Shown here one piece after another: positions 40,029 to 50,295 of a stretch of DNA of 64,000 bases. Position numbers and translations under genes: made by a program. Under the pieces are notes generated by a model, which saw only the letters and a list, made by a program, of their open reading frames with translations, had not been told where the DNA came from and ran no database searches. Position 1 is the stretch's first letter. Each line of letters begins with the position of its first letter. The DNA comes from Minisyncoccota bacterium (lineage in GTDB: Bacteria; Patescibacteriota; Minisyncoccia; Phycocordibacterales; UBA9973): assembly GCA_036405895.1 (NCBI GenBank), contig DASWWS010000001.1, forward strand, positions 71,864 to 135,863. Reading direction: 5' to 3'.

Positions 40029-43000
40029 TTACGAAAGGATTTTGATGTCGTCAATCAGTACGCTTCGGCGCTCTTCGCGGTCGGCAACGGTGCATTTCAT
40101 TGCAGCAATGGCACCTTCTCTAATTAGTGGACCGATGGTCTTAAATGTCTCAGGGAATACGACGCCTTCTATTGTTCCGGTTTTGTCGGTAAGCGACAAA
40201 AATGCCATCTTCAGGCTCGTCGCTTTTGTCATAATGACCTTTGCTGTATCAATATGGGCGACAAGCAGGTAGGACTGCTTCTTTTTTGTAAATCGCTCGC
40301 GGGCTGGAACAGGAGGCTCGTTAAGGAGTTTTTTGATAGTGGTTCCGGCCTTTTGAATCTTCTCCAGAAAGCTATCGAGTGGGTGGCCTGAAATATAAAG
40401 CCCAAGGAGTTCTTTTTCCCAGATAAGCTTCTGTGCAATAGGGGCATCAGGTGCGTCGCGAAGCGTCAGTGTTGCAGTGGGGTTCGAGTCCAGACCAGCA
40501 AAGAGGGAGTCTTGCGCCGCACCGTTGTGCGTCTTGAGCCCCTTGTGAAATGCCAAGAGTACTTCGATATTTGCACACAATACGCCGCGCTCGCCAAACG
40601 CATCCATCGCTCCGCACATAATCAATGCTTCAAGGGATTTTTTGTTCATGTTTTTGTGCTGTACGCGCTCCAAAAAGTCCTCAATTGTTTTAAACCGCCC
40701 ATTGGCTTTGCGCTCGGCAATGATTGCTTTTCCAATCTCTTCTCCGAAGTTTTTTACATTACGCAGCCCGAATCGGATTTTCTTGGTAACGACGCCTTCT
40801 TCAACGACTACAGTAAAGTCTGAAAAGGATTCGTTGACGTCAGGCGGCAAAATAGTAAAGCCCATGCGCTTCGCTTCATTGATGTATTCGCTGCACGTTT
40901 CAATGTCGCCACTCTCGGCTGTCATACAGGCGCTTAAGTATTCGGCAGGATAGTTTGCCTTGAGGTAGGCCGTCTTGTACGCCACCATGCCGTAGCTTGC
41001 AGCGTGGGCCTTGTTGAATCCGTACGCTGCAAACGGCTCAATCAAGTGCCACAACTCGTCGATCTTTTCGACGCCGAGCCCTCCGTACTCCATGCATCCT
41101 TTGTAGAACTTTTCTTTCTGTTCTGCCATTTCAGCGGGAATTTTTTTACCCATGGCTTTGCGGAACTTGTCAGCATCAAGCCAGGTGTAGCCTGCGAGAC
41201 GGATAGAAGTAATCAACACGTCATCTTGGTACACCAAGAGGCCGTAGGAGGCCTCCAAGTCATCTTTGAGGCGAGGGTCAGGATACTTTATCAGTCGAGG
41301 ATTTTCTTTTCGGCGGATATATTCCGGGATTACTTCCATGGGCCCTGGGCGGTAGAGTGCAACCATTGCCATGAGGTCTTCAAGTTTTGAAGGCTTGAGC
41401 TCTTTGAGATAGCGCGTCATGCCGTCGCCCGCCATTTGGAACACCCCCATTGTCTCGCCGCGCGCAAGCATTTCAAACACTTTTTTGTCATCGAGCGGAA
41501 TAGTATCGATGTCGATTTCAATGCCGTAGATTTTTTTGATGCGATCAAGCGTTCCGGAAATGAACTGCAGGTTGCGGATTCCAAGCATGTCGAACTTCGG
41601 CAGGTTCACCACGCCATCGCGGCCGCCGGAGAACATGTCGTACTGGGTAATGATTTTTGTTTCTCCTTTCGGGTCATACTGGATGGGAGTGTAGTCCGAA
41701 ACGTCGGGTGTCGGCGCAATGATGACGCCGGCAGCGTGCACTGAAATATGACGGACATTCCCTTCGATTTTTTTTGCCATGTCGATGATTTCTTTTGTCC
41801 CACGGTCATTGTCGTACTCTTCCTTAAGCTCAGGAATAATTTCAAGCGCGTGATCGATTGTCATTGGAAATCCTTGCGAACCCATAGGAATCATTTTTGA
41901 GATTTTGTCGCCCACTGCATACGGGTAGCCAAGCGCGCGCGCAACGTCGCGAACGGACCCTCGTGCAGCCATTGTTCCAAAAGTACAGATTTGGGCCACC
42001 GCCATGGCGCCGTACTGTTCTCGAATGTAATTGATAAGGTCGTCGCGGCGGTCGTCTGCGATGTCCAGATCAATATCAGGAATACCAGGGCGAAGCGGGT
42101 TTAAGAAGCGCTCAAAGGGGAGCTTGTATTTGATTGGGTCAACGGTCGTGATGCGCATGGCATACGACACTAAAGAGCCCGCGGCACTTCCTCGGGTGTT
42201 TGTCTGGATGCCCATACGGCGAGCCGCCTGCACCAAGTCGGCTTCCACTAAAAAGTAGGAAGAGAATCCTTTGTTCTTGATAATGTCGAGCTCAAAGTCT
42301 ACGCGCTCTTTAATAATGCCATCATAGGTGTAGCCAATATCGGGCAATCCTGCGAGAACGCCGGCACGCAATTCGTCGTCGTAGTTAGAGCCTTCGGGAA
42401 TAGGGTAGGTAGGGAATTTCCAGGGAGCAAGCTCGATTTCAAGGTCAATCGTTTCAGCGAGCTTCACGGTGTTTTCTATTGCACCAGGAATGTCCTTGAA
42501 AATTTCTTTTGCTTCGTCAGGGGAAATAAAAGAATAGTTTCCCGCTTTCATTGAGATTTTGCTGTTGCCTACTTCGGTGCCGGTATTAATCGCCACAAGC
42601 GTATCTTGCGCATCAGCATCCTCTTTGTTGATGTAGTGCGAGTCCCAGGTAGCCACTACAGGGAGATCCATTTTCTGCGCAATTTCGATAATTGCGGGAA
42701 CAAGCGGAATATACCAGTCCACTTCTTTGTGATACATCACTTCGACATACACGTTTTCTTTGCCGAAGATATCGATATATTCCAGCAGAAGCTTTTCTGC
42801 TTCTTCTCTATTTCCGTTTTTGAGGTGAGTGATGAAGCGGCTTCCGGGACATCCTGAAAGGCAAATGATTCCGTCACCGTGTTCGCGCAACAACTCCATA
42901 TCCATGCGCGGCTTGTAGTAGAAGCCCTCAAGGTTGCTCTTGGTGACGAGCTTCATCATGTTTTTGTACCCCGCATTGTTTTTTACCAAGAGCGTGAGGT

Positions 43001-43259
43001 GGTAGCGCTTCGAGTCTATTCCCGGTTCTTTGTCAAAACGCGTACGCTCGGCAATGTACGCTTCAACGCCGATAATCGGCTTGATGTCGGCTTTTTTGCA
43101 GGCATTGTAAAACTCAATCGCGCCGTACATGGCGCCGTGGTCGGTCAGCGCAAGCGCCGGCATGCCAAACTCTTTCGCTTTTTTTACGAGCTGAGGAATT
43201 TTCGAGAGCCCGTCGAGCAGCGAGTAGTGGGAGTGGGTGTGGAGGTGGACGAAGCTCAT
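40029..43259 (-). CDS. dnaE: DNA polymerase III alpha subunit
   Basis: FVHLHTHSHYSLLDG PHP domain, RGSAAGS, FERFLNP..PDIDLD, HAAG, YGFNKAH; start placed at 43259. Confidence 0.97.
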   Translation of the reverse strand: MSFVHLHTHSHYSLLDGLSKIPQLVKKAKEFGMPALALTDHGAMYGAIEFYNACKKADIKPIIGVEAYIAERTRFDKEPGIDSKRYHLTLLVKNNAGYKNMMKLVTKSNLEGFYYKPRMDMELLREHGDGIICLSGCPGSRFITHLKNGNREEAEKLLLEYIDIFGKENVYVEVMYHKEVDWYIPLVPAIIEIAQKMDLPVVATWDSHYINKEDADAQDTLVAINTGTEVGNSKISMKAGNYSFISPDEAKEIFKDIPGAIENTVKLAETIDLEIELAPWKFPTYPIPEGSNYDDELRAGVLAGLPDIGYTYDGIIKERVDFELDIIKNKGFSSYFLVEADLVQAARRMGIQTNTRGSAAGSLVSYAMRITTVDPIKYKLPFERFLNPLRPGIPDIDLDIADDRRDDLINYIREQYGAMAVAQICTFGTMAARGSVRDVARALGYPYAVGDKISKMIPMGSQGFPMTIDHALEIIPELKEEYDNDRGTKEIIDMAKKIEGNVRHISVHAAGVIIAPTPDVSDYTPIQYDPKGETKIITQYDMFSGGRDGVVNLPKFDMLGIRNLQFISGTLDRIKKIYGIEIDIDTIPLDDKKVFEMLARGETMGVFQMAGDGMTRYLKELKPSKLEDLMAMVALYRPGPMEVIPEYIRRKENPRLIKYPDPRLKDDLEASYGLLVYQDDVLITSIRLAGYTWLDADKFRKAMGKKIPAEMAEQKEKFYKGCMEYGGLGVEKIDELWHLIEPFAAYGFNKAHAASYGMVAYKTAYLKANYPAEYLSACMTAESGDIETCSEYINEAKRMGFTILPPDVNESFSDFTVVVEEGVVTKKIRFGLRNVKNFGEEIGKAIIAERKANGRFKTIEDFLERVQHKNMNKKSLEALIMCGAMDAFGERGVLCANIEVLLAFHKGLKTHNGAAQDSLFAGLDSNPTATLTLRDAPDAPIAQKLIWEKELLGLYISGHPLDSFLEKIQKAGTTIKKLLNEPPVPARERFTKKKQSYLLVAHIDTAKVIMTKATSLKMAFLSLTDKTGTIEGVVFPETFKTIGPLIREGAIAAMKCTVADREERRSVLIDDIKILS

Positions 43260-43310
43260 ACTGACACTAGTATAGCAGTGGAGAGATTCGTTTGTTATAT
43301 TGACATACAT

Positions 43311-43925
43311 ATGACAAACAAGCCCAAAAAGCCCCTGTGGGTGATAGGGATAGATGAAGTGGGACGCGGGCCGCTTGCTGGCCCTGTTACGGTGTGCGCG
43401 GTTGCAGTGCCGTATAGGGGGTATAGTGCGAGCTTGTGGCCCGGACTCACCGACTCTAAAAAAATGACCGCACCCGCTCGAGCGAAGTGGTATAAAGAGG
43501 CTCTCCGGCTTGAGCGCTCCGGAATATTGCGCTACGCGCTTTCAAGCAGAAGCGCACAAACGATTGATACCAAAGGAATAGCGCCGTGCATCCGCGAGTG
43601 CATTGTGAGTATTTTGAAAAAAATCGCATTGCCACCCGAAGAGTGTCTGGTGCTCCTCGACGGGGGACTAAAGGCTCCGGCCCAATACGCTTTTCAGCAA
43701 ACGATTATTAAAGGCGACAGCAAAGAACCTGTTATTTCGTACGCCTCGGTCATCGCAAAAGTTCATCGCGATATGTATATGACCAAGGCGCACCGCAAAA
43801 ATCCCGAATACGGATGGGACAAAAACAAGGGGTACGGCACGCAGGACCACCAAAATACCCTTATAATACAAGGTGTAACAGCACTTCACCGCAAGAGTTT
43901 TCTTCGCCGCATACTTGACAAATAG
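43311..43925 (+). CDS. rnhB: Ribonuclease HII
   Basis: GIDEVGRGPLAGP, DSKK, KGD, ASVIAKVHRD, KGYGT, HRKSF. Confidence 0.95.
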   Translation: MTNKPKKPLWVIGIDEVGRGPLAGPVTVCAVAVPYRGYSASLWPGLTDSKKMTAPARAKWYKEALRLERSGILRYALSSRSAQTIDTKGIAPCIRECIVSILKKIALPPEECLVLLDGGLKAPAQYAFQQTIIKGDSKEPVISYASVIAKVHRDMYMTKAHRKNPEYGWDKNKGYGTQDHQNTLIIQGVTALHRKSFLRRILDK

Positions 43926-43969
43926 TCAATAAACATATATACTATAGAAAATTCACAAATCTATAAGCA

Positions 43970-44614
43970 ATGAAAATAAGACTAACAATAGTTGTGTTGC
44001 TGGCAATAGTTGCCTGCAGCAGTGCACAAGCGCAATTTTTGGGAAAGAAAACTCCCCCACAGCAAGAAAAACCAAATTTCATGCGTTTGTATATTGTGGA
44101 TATTCCACGGACAGACGATATGATTTTCAACAATGTATTACCCAGCACTCATAAAATAATTGGTGTGGGAGATATTAATGGTGAAGGGCAGTTTCTTCTT
44201 GTGAATGCCGCGGCATTCGATACTATCCAAGCCTTGTTCAAAGGATACAAGGAACAGTATGCCATTTCGAAAAATGCGCTTTCAGACCGTTTTATTGGAA
44301 TGGATGTATCGGTAAGCTATATCGGCAAACTCTCTCTTGTTTCAGAAAAAGAAATAAGAAACATGAACAATGAGGATAAAGAGCTCGCACGCACACTCAA
44401 TGCGTACGAAAAATTTACTCTTATTGGAGAGAGTCCTAAGCCGATATTGATGAGGCGTACAACTGCTGGGAAATTTGTTCCGGATTTCAATTCGCCTTTG
44501 TCATCATCTGGTAACGAAGCGAGGACTAAACCTGGGAACAATTCTCAAAACAATACTCCGCCTTCCAATGAGTCTCCCTTCTTTGAAGAATTGAGGAGGA
44601 AAGGTAAATTGTAA
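43970..44614 (+). CDS. Hypothetical secreted protein
   Basis: Signal peptide (AQA); own TTGACA-17-TATACT promoter at 43915-43943. Confidence 0.6.
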   Translation: MKIRLTIVVLLAIVACSSAQAQFLGKKTPPQQEKPNFMRLYIVDIPRTDDMIFNNVLPSTHKIIGVGDINGEGQFLLVNAAAFDTIQALFKGYKEQYAISKNALSDRFIGMDVSVSYIGKLSLVSEKEIRNMNNEDKELARTLNAYEKFTLIGESPKPILMRRTTAGKFVPDFNSPLSSSGNEARTKPGNNSQNNTPPSNESPFFEELRRKGKL

Positions 44615-44660
44615 AAAACACATGTACTCAAAGGACCCGATTATTCGGGTTCTTTTTTAT

Positions 44661-45410
44661 TTATATAAACAACAGAACAAGAATGCCGAGCGCGATGCGG
44701 TACCACCCAAACCAAGAGAGCGGTTTTTTTGTTAAGAGAGTAATGAAAAAGCGGATAGAGAGAAGTGCTACAGCAAATGCCACCACACTTCCAAGAGCAA
44801 CGAGTTGCCACTCGTTCGCACTCAGCATTGGCGCATTTTTAAGCTCTACTGCGCTTGCGCCCACAATAGTGGGAATCGCAATAAGGAATGAAAAGCCAAT
44901 AATGATTTGCCGAGGAATTTGTACGAGCGTTCCGCCAATCAGGGTTGAGCCCGCTCTCGAAAGCCCTGGAATGAAGGCGAAGATTTGCATCAGCCCGATA
45001 GCAAGTGCTTGCTTGTAGGAGATGGATTCTACCGGCGCTTGTGTGTCGTGCGGGCGAATAAGAATGAGAAGGATTCCTCCAATGATAAGAGCCCAGGCAA
45101 TCACTAAAGAGCTTGAAAGAAGCGGTTTGATGAGGGGATAAAAGAGCACTCCGGCAATGGCAGTGGGGATGAATCCGACAATCACTTTTGGAATAAGAGA
45201 GCGGTTGTTCCAGACGGTGCCCCAAAAATACCACGCCGCGGCGAGGATTGCCCCGCTTTGAATGCTGATAGAGAGAACTTCAAGAAATGCTTGAGGCACT
45301 GTAATGATTCGCCCCGCCAAGAGAAGGTGGGCCGTGGAGGACACAGGGATAAATTCCGTAAGTCCTTCGATGATTCCTAGAATAATTGTATGAAAGGTTA
45401 GGAGTGCCAT
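44661..45410 (-). CDS. uppP: Undecaprenyl-diphosphate phosphatase (BacA)
   Basis: EGLTEFIPVSSTAHL, IQSGAILA, PGLSRAGST, FGWYRI. Confidence 0.93.
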   Translation of the reverse strand: MALLTFHTIILGIIEGLTEFIPVSSTAHLLLAGRIITVPQAFLEVLSISIQSGAILAAAWYFWGTVWNNRSLIPKVIVGFIPTAIAGVLFYPLIKPLLSSSLVIAWALIIGGILLILIRPHDTQAPVESISYKQALAIGLMQIFAFIPGLSRAGSTLIGGTLVQIPRQIIIGFSFLIAIPTIVGASAVELKNAPMLSANEWQLVALGSVVAFAVALLSIRFFITLLTKKPLSWFGWYRIALGILVLLFI

Positions 45411-46093
45411 AGCAGGGTGTATGCTCCGATAATAGCCGCAGTTTCAGTACGAAGAACCTTCTCGCCGAGCTTCAGTCGGGTGATGCTGTATTGTTCAAAT
45501 ACCGCTTCGTCAGAGAGGCTCCATCCGCCCTCAGGCCCCACATACAAGACCGCTGTTTCGGGTACTATTGCAACAGAGTCACCCTCATAGCCGTCGCAGA
45601 CAAATGCACTGTGAGGGAATGTGGCAAAGCATTCTTCGAGCGTCATCGGCTCGTGAATCGTGACCCGTGTATTTCCGCCGGAGAGCTCAAGTGCTTCATT
45701 GCTGATTTTTTGCAGACGGTCGAGACGCACTGCGGTTTTCACTGTGCGCTCTGAAAGAATCGGGACAATAGCACTTACTCCTATTTCGGTGAGCTTTTGT
45801 ACGGCAAGTTCAAAGCTTGCACCCTTTGCAATACTGATAGCCGCAATAATAGTTCGCGGAAGTGCGGGTGTGGAAACCTCTTTTATTTTTTTAACGGTCA
45901 TACTACGCTTATCGCGGTCAATCAGTTCAACTGTTATGTCCGGGCCTTTGTCGGCAAACACAATGAATGATTCTCCGATTTTGAACTTCAGTATTGAAAG
46001 CCCTTGATGTACAACATGCTCGTCATCAAGCACCCAACTGTCGGATGAGGGAATTTTCTCTATAAGAAATCGGTGAAGTTTTTTTGGCGTCAT
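45398..46093 (-). CDS. rsmE: 16S rRNA m3U1498 methyltransferase
   Basis: LHRF, QKLTEIGV, GPEGGW, LGEKVLRTETA. Confidence 0.92.
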   Translation of the reverse strand: MTPKKLHRFLIEKIPSSDSWVLDDEHVVHQGLSILKFKIGESFIVFADKGPDITVELIDRDKRSMTVKKIKEVSTPALPRTIIAAISIAKGASFELAVQKLTEIGVSAIVPILSERTVKTAVRLDRLQKISNEALELSGGNTRVTIHEPMTLEECFATFPHSAFVCDGYEGDSVAIVPETAVLYVGPEGGWSLSDEAVFEQYSITRLKLGEKVLRTETAAIIGAYTLLWHS

Positions 46094-46575
46094 GAAAGTT
46101 TATTAATAGCGAGCTTCGTCATTGCGACCACTCGGCGGTATTCTTGAATCACTAAAATAATGACAACAGTGTTGAACAATAAAAATGCCGTCACGACAGG
46201 AGAGAACTGCACGCTAATTTCGTAGAGCTGATACAGGCTGAAGCCGCTGAGGAATACAATTGATACAGGGTATGCCCAGAGTTTCGTCTTCCATAGCCCC
46301 CAGACTAACAGAAGTTTCACTGCGCCATGGCTGAAGAAATAAAATGCGCCGATGAGCTGTACGCGCCCCGACATGTCGATAACCAACTGCGAGAGGGCTG
46401 CAATAAATCCGCCGTACTGCATGAGTCCCAGAAGATAGACGTCAATGCTCGGCTTAAAGACAAAAAAGAATCCCGCAAGGATATCGAGTACTGCAATAAC
46501 GCCGTTCATAATAACGGTTGCGATAAATGCTCGATGCAAGTGCTTCTGTACTTTCGTTTCTTCGGGAGGATTCAT
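46090..46575 (-). CDS. DUF2127-like membrane protein
   Basis: FYFFSHGAVKLLLVWGLWK.KLWAYP, YQLYE; several TM segments. Confidence 0.7.
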   Translation of the reverse strand: MNPPEETKVQKHLHRAFIATVIMNGVIAVLDILAGFFFVFKPSIDVYLLGLMQYGGFIAALSQLVIDMSGRVQLIGAFYFFSHGAVKLLLVWGLWKTKLWAYPVSIVFLSGFSLYQLYEISVQFSPVVTAFLLFNTVVIILVIQEYRRVVAMTKLAINKLS

Positions 46576-47169
46576 TTAGGAGAGGATAAAGCGACGATAC
46601 CAATATCGCAGTAATGATATCACAATGATAATGGCAAATCCGATAAGAATGACATTTCGAATAATATCGACGCTGTCGATGATGCGAACGATGCGGCTTT
46701 GGAAATAGTAGCCGATCCATACAAACAAGGGTACATAAACGACGAGAGCAGCGAGCTCGTAGGTGATGAATTTTCGCACCGGCACTTTTAGATGGCCGGC
46801 CATAAACGGTCCGATAAAACGCAGTTGCACCATAAAGCGGGAATAGAAGATTACTTTTTCCATATGGTGCTCTATCCACTCTTGTTTGGCTTCAAGGCGG
46901 TGTGCAAAGAATTTGTCGTAAAATCCTTGCACCCACTTGTTTCCCGCGCGTGCGAGGAAATACATGATTAAGTCGCTGACCAAAAGGCCAGCAATGATGA
47001 CAGGAATGATGATAAATACTGAGGCATGTCCGCTTCCAGCCAAGTATCCCAGTGCGAGAAGGACAATTTCCTCAGGGACAGGGATAACAATATTTGCCAA
47101 GAGCGATACCCCGAATATGCCGAGGTAGGAGAAGGTGCCCAATTCATTGATAATTGCTTGTGTTTCCAT
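46576..47169 (-). CDS. DedA family protein
   Basis: PVPEEIVL, SDLIMYFLAR, SRFMVQLR, P..AG. Confidence 0.88.
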   Translation of the reverse strand: METQAIINELGTFSYLGIFGVSLLANIVIPVPEEIVLLALGYLAGSGHASVFIIIPVIIAGLLVSDLIMYFLARAGNKWVQGFYDKFFAHRLEAKQEWIEHHMEKVIFYSRFMVQLRFIGPFMAGHLKVPVRKFITYELAALVVYVPLFVWIGYYFQSRIVRIIDSVDIIRNVILIGFAIIIVISLLRYWYRRFILS

Positions 47170-47180
47170 AGTAGTGCTTT

Positions 47181-48287
47181 TTACAGTGTACCGTGTTTAC
47201 TTCCGCTATACACCCATAGCTTGGAAGCGACGAAATTCCAGACAAATGTTACTGCTGTTGCAATAATGACACCGATACTGTCGGGGATATTGAAAAGACT
47301 GATGCAGGCCGAGAGGGTAGCGATATTGATACCCATGCCAATGCCCACTGTCAGATAAAATCGTACCAATTCGCCATAGCGGATGCGGGAAACATTGTTG
47401 AAAGTCCATGCACGGTTCCCAAAAAAGCTTGAAAGCGTCCCTGCTCCAAACGAGAATGCTTTGGCAACCAGCAGGTGCGCCGCAAAGAACTCACTGCTTC
47501 GCGTAAGAATAAAGTACAGCCCGATATCAATTGCAGTATTAAGCACGCCGACAGCGGCAAATCGAATGAGCTGAATTCTTGAAACTCGTCCAAGCTGCCC
47601 TCGGTAGAGCGAAACAAGATCCCGTACTGCTCGAGCAATGACACGGGGATGCGCACCTGTTGCGGTGCCTTGTGTGCGCGGAAAATGAGTGACGGGAATT
47701 TCCTTGAAGGCAACGCCTCGATGCTGCAGATGAATCAGCATCTCCGCGCTCATCATGGCTCCGCGCGTTTGCAAGGGAAGCCCAGCGACAAGCTTTCTAT
47801 CAAGAAGCTTGAAGGCGCAGTCAATATCGCACACCCGCAATCCAAAGAGAATGCGGTTTGCAATATTCCAGATCTTCGCATTGATAAGGCGAATGAGTGG
47901 GTCGTTTCGTTTTGCGCGATATCCGAGCACTGCTTTATATTCTTCGGCAAACGGCAAAAGAAGGGCGAGTTCGGACAAATCAAACTGCAAATCCGCGTCT
48001 GTAAAAAACACATAGTCATGCTGCGCGGATTGGATGCCGGTCCATACTGCTGCGCCATAGCCTTGGTTTTTTTCATGGTGCACCACTCGAACACTCTCAT
48101 GGATTTCTGCAAGACGGTCAGAAATTGTGCCCGTATTATCGGTAGACCCGTCGTTTACGATGATGATTTCGTAGGTATCGACAAGCTCTTTCACGGCCGT
48201 AATTGCTTTGGTGACTGCCTTTTCAATAGTATGCGCTTCATTATAGGCTGGAAAAAAAACCGAGAGAGATACCGGGCGGTTATTCAT
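47181..48287 (-). CDS. GT2 polyprenol-phosphate glycosyltransferase fused to a GtrA-like flippase domain
   Basis: FFPAYNE, VNDGSTD, NQGYG, TDADLQ, DIDCAFK; C-terminal IRFAAVG...NRAWTF...WNFVASKLWVY. Confidence 0.88.
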   Translation of the reverse strand: MNNRPVSLSVFFPAYNEAHTIEKAVTKAITAVKELVDTYEIIIVNDGSTDNTGTISDRLAEIHESVRVVHHEKNQGYGAAVWTGIQSAQHDYVFFTDADLQFDLSELALLLPFAEEYKAVLGYRAKRNDPLIRLINAKIWNIANRILFGLRVCDIDCAFKLLDRKLVAGLPLQTRGAMMSAEMLIHLQHRGVAFKEIPVTHFPRTQGTATGAHPRVIARAVRDLVSLYRGQLGRVSRIQLIRFAAVGVLNTAIDIGLYFILTRSSEFFAAHLLVAKAFSFGAGTLSSFFGNRAWTFNNVSRIRYGELVRFYLTVGIGMGINIATLSACISLFNIPDSIGVIIATAVTFVWNFVASKLWVYSGSKHGTL

Positions 48288-48340
48288 GCACTGTACAATA
48301 TCATATTTTTAGAGAGTGCTCTATGGTACGATAGGGTGCA

Positions 48341-48955
48341 GTGGAACAATTTTCTATCATCATAACGGAGCTCTTTTTTGCGCTTACGCCCCTTTTGCGA
48401 GGTGTGCTTATTTTCCTTTTTGCCTATGGCGAAGGGTTGCCCGTTATCGGCTCAATCTTGCCGGGAGGCACCATTGCGCTTTTGGTCGGAAGCCTTTCAG
48501 TGGCCGGATTCATTGCACCGTGGAGCGCTGTTCTTATCATTACAATCGGAAGCTTTTTGGGGGACATGACCGGATTTTTTATCGGCAAGAAATTCAAGCA
48601 CTGGAAGTGGGTGCAGCGCCTTGTCGTACAGAGCAAGCATCAAAAGTCGTGGGATCTCTTTGACCGCCACCTGGCGCTTATTGTCATTTTTGGAAAACTT
48701 ATTCCGGTCGTGCGATCGACTCCGTCATTTTTTGCGGGCGCCCGCAATGTAAAGGTGCGCACGTATATAGGCTTAAGTTTTGTCGGCAGCATGCTCTGGG
48801 CAGTCGTCGGCATTTATGGAGGCAATGCGCTCGCACGGGTTGCACCAAGTGCGGCAATTCCTGTTATTGTCGGCATACTTATTATCAGTGGCATCGCAGC
48901 AGTAGTTGCCAAGCGCCACAACGCTCGAAAAAAACAAAAACTTCAAAATTCATAA
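48341..48955 (+). CDS. DedA family protein
   Basis: EGLPVIGSILPG, LGDMTGFFIG, GKLIPVVRS, AGA; GTG start. Confidence 0.88.
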   Translation: MEQFSIIITELFFALTPLLRGVLIFLFAYGEGLPVIGSILPGGTIALLVGSLSVAGFIAPWSAVLIITIGSFLGDMTGFFIGKKFKHWKWVQRLVVQSKHQKSWDLFDRHLALIVIFGKLIPVVRSTPSFFAGARNVKVRTYIGLSFVGSMLWAVVGIYGGNALARVAPSAAIPVIVGILIISGIAAVVAKRHNARKKQKLQNS

Positions 48956-49048
48956 CACCGTTCTTTATTGTTCTGTCAACGTAAGTGCCGCTCTTTCTCC
49001 TCGTCTCTATGTATGTCGCTTATAAGAAATAATAGTAAAATAATACAT

Positions 49049-49861
49049 ATGATTTCAAAGAAACTCGCCGCAATGGCCCTTATCGCTTTGGTATGTTCAG
49101 CAACTGCTGTGCATGCGGAGAGTGGTACTGATAAAGACACTACAAAATGGAACGGTTTTCGAACATCGTTTGGATTGAATGCTCGCATTGACGCTGATAA
49201 TCGTGAGGATGACAACAAGAATGGATGGGGTGACCGCAAGCAGGACAAGGATACTATGAATGAAAAGCGTTCATACGACCCAGGCGTGCTTGGCACCGTA
49301 ACCGCAAAAAGCTCTACTACTATTACAGTGAAAGCTGGCAAGGACGGCACTCTTTACACAGTTGCTACAGCGGACGCAAAAATCCGCACCCCCGGCAAAG
49401 GGGAAGCAACTCTTGCTGATATCGTGGTAGGAGACACCGTGCTCGTGCAGGGCGATATTGATGGGACTTCTATCGACGCAAGCATGATTATCGATGCTCG
49501 CCTTCCAAAAGGCACTGTCATTAAAAAAGACATGTCAGGAATTGCCGGCACTGTAACTGCTGTAACAGGAACAACTATCACTGTAAAAGGAAAGAATGAT
49601 GTAACGTACACAGTAGACGCCGACCAGGCACGCATCCGCCACGAGGGCGATGACGAGGCAACAGTTTCTGATATTGCTGTAGGAGACACCGTTATCGTAC
49701 AGGGAGCAGTAAACAGCACCTCTGTTGACGCAACCGCAATCATTGCAGTTGATGCAGACACCAAAGCCGAATTGAAGGCAGACTTGAAGGCTGAGGGGAA
49801 AACAGGATTCTTCCATAAAATTGGACTTTTCTTCAAAGGATTCTTTGGTAAGAAAGAATAA
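49049..49861 (+). CDS. Secreted protein with two DUF5666-like OB-fold repeats
   Basis: Signal peptide; repeats GTVTA...TITV...YTV...DI.VGDTV.VQG. Confidence 0.7.
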   Translation: MISKKLAAMALIALVCSATAVHAESGTDKDTTKWNGFRTSFGLNARIDADNREDDNKNGWGDRKQDKDTMNEKRSYDPGVLGTVTAKSSTTITVKAGKDGTLYTVATADAKIRTPGKGEATLADIVVGDTVLVQGDIDGTSIDASMIIDARLPKGTVIKKDMSGIAGTVTAVTGTTITVKGKNDVTYTVDADQARIRHEGDDEATVSDIAVGDTVIVQGAVNSTSVDATAIIAVDADTKAELKADLKAEGKTGFFHKIGLFFKGFFGKKE

Positions 49862-49981
49862 TTCAACAATTCTCGGAATATATTCTCCCATTCCCTAAAA
49901 GAACCCGATTCTAGAATCGGGTTCTTTTGCTATGAAAATACACATAGCGTATACTAGTCTTATTATAATAACTCTTATTTT

Positions 49982-50290
49982 ATGGAATCAGACACCACCC
50001 TTGAAGCTTTTGTAGAACGCCTTATTACTGAAAAGCAATTTGAAAATCTTGAACCCGAAGTGCGCGAGCAGCTCAAAAGCGACCTTGTCAGCCGGGCAGA
50101 GGACCACGTAAATGCGTCTGTGATTGCAGCGCTTTCTGAAACCGATCTTGCAGCCTTCCAAACAATGCTTGCAGAGGATAAGGATGCGGCAGCACTCCAG
50201 GCATTTCTTTCAGAGCATGTAAAAGATATGGACCAAGTAGTAGCGGGAGCATTGATAGCATTCCAACAGACCTATCTCGGTAAAGAATAG
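49982..50290 (+). CDS. Small acidic helical protein (DUF5663-like)
   Basis: FVERLI.EK, QLKSDL, LSETDLAAF..L, FQQTYL. Confidence 0.65.
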   Translation: MESDTTLEAFVERLITEKQFENLEPEVREQLKSDLVSRAEDHVNASVIAALSETDLAAFQTMLAEDKDAAALQAFLSEHVKDMDQVVAGALIAFQQTYLGKE

Positions 50291-50295
50291 TATTC

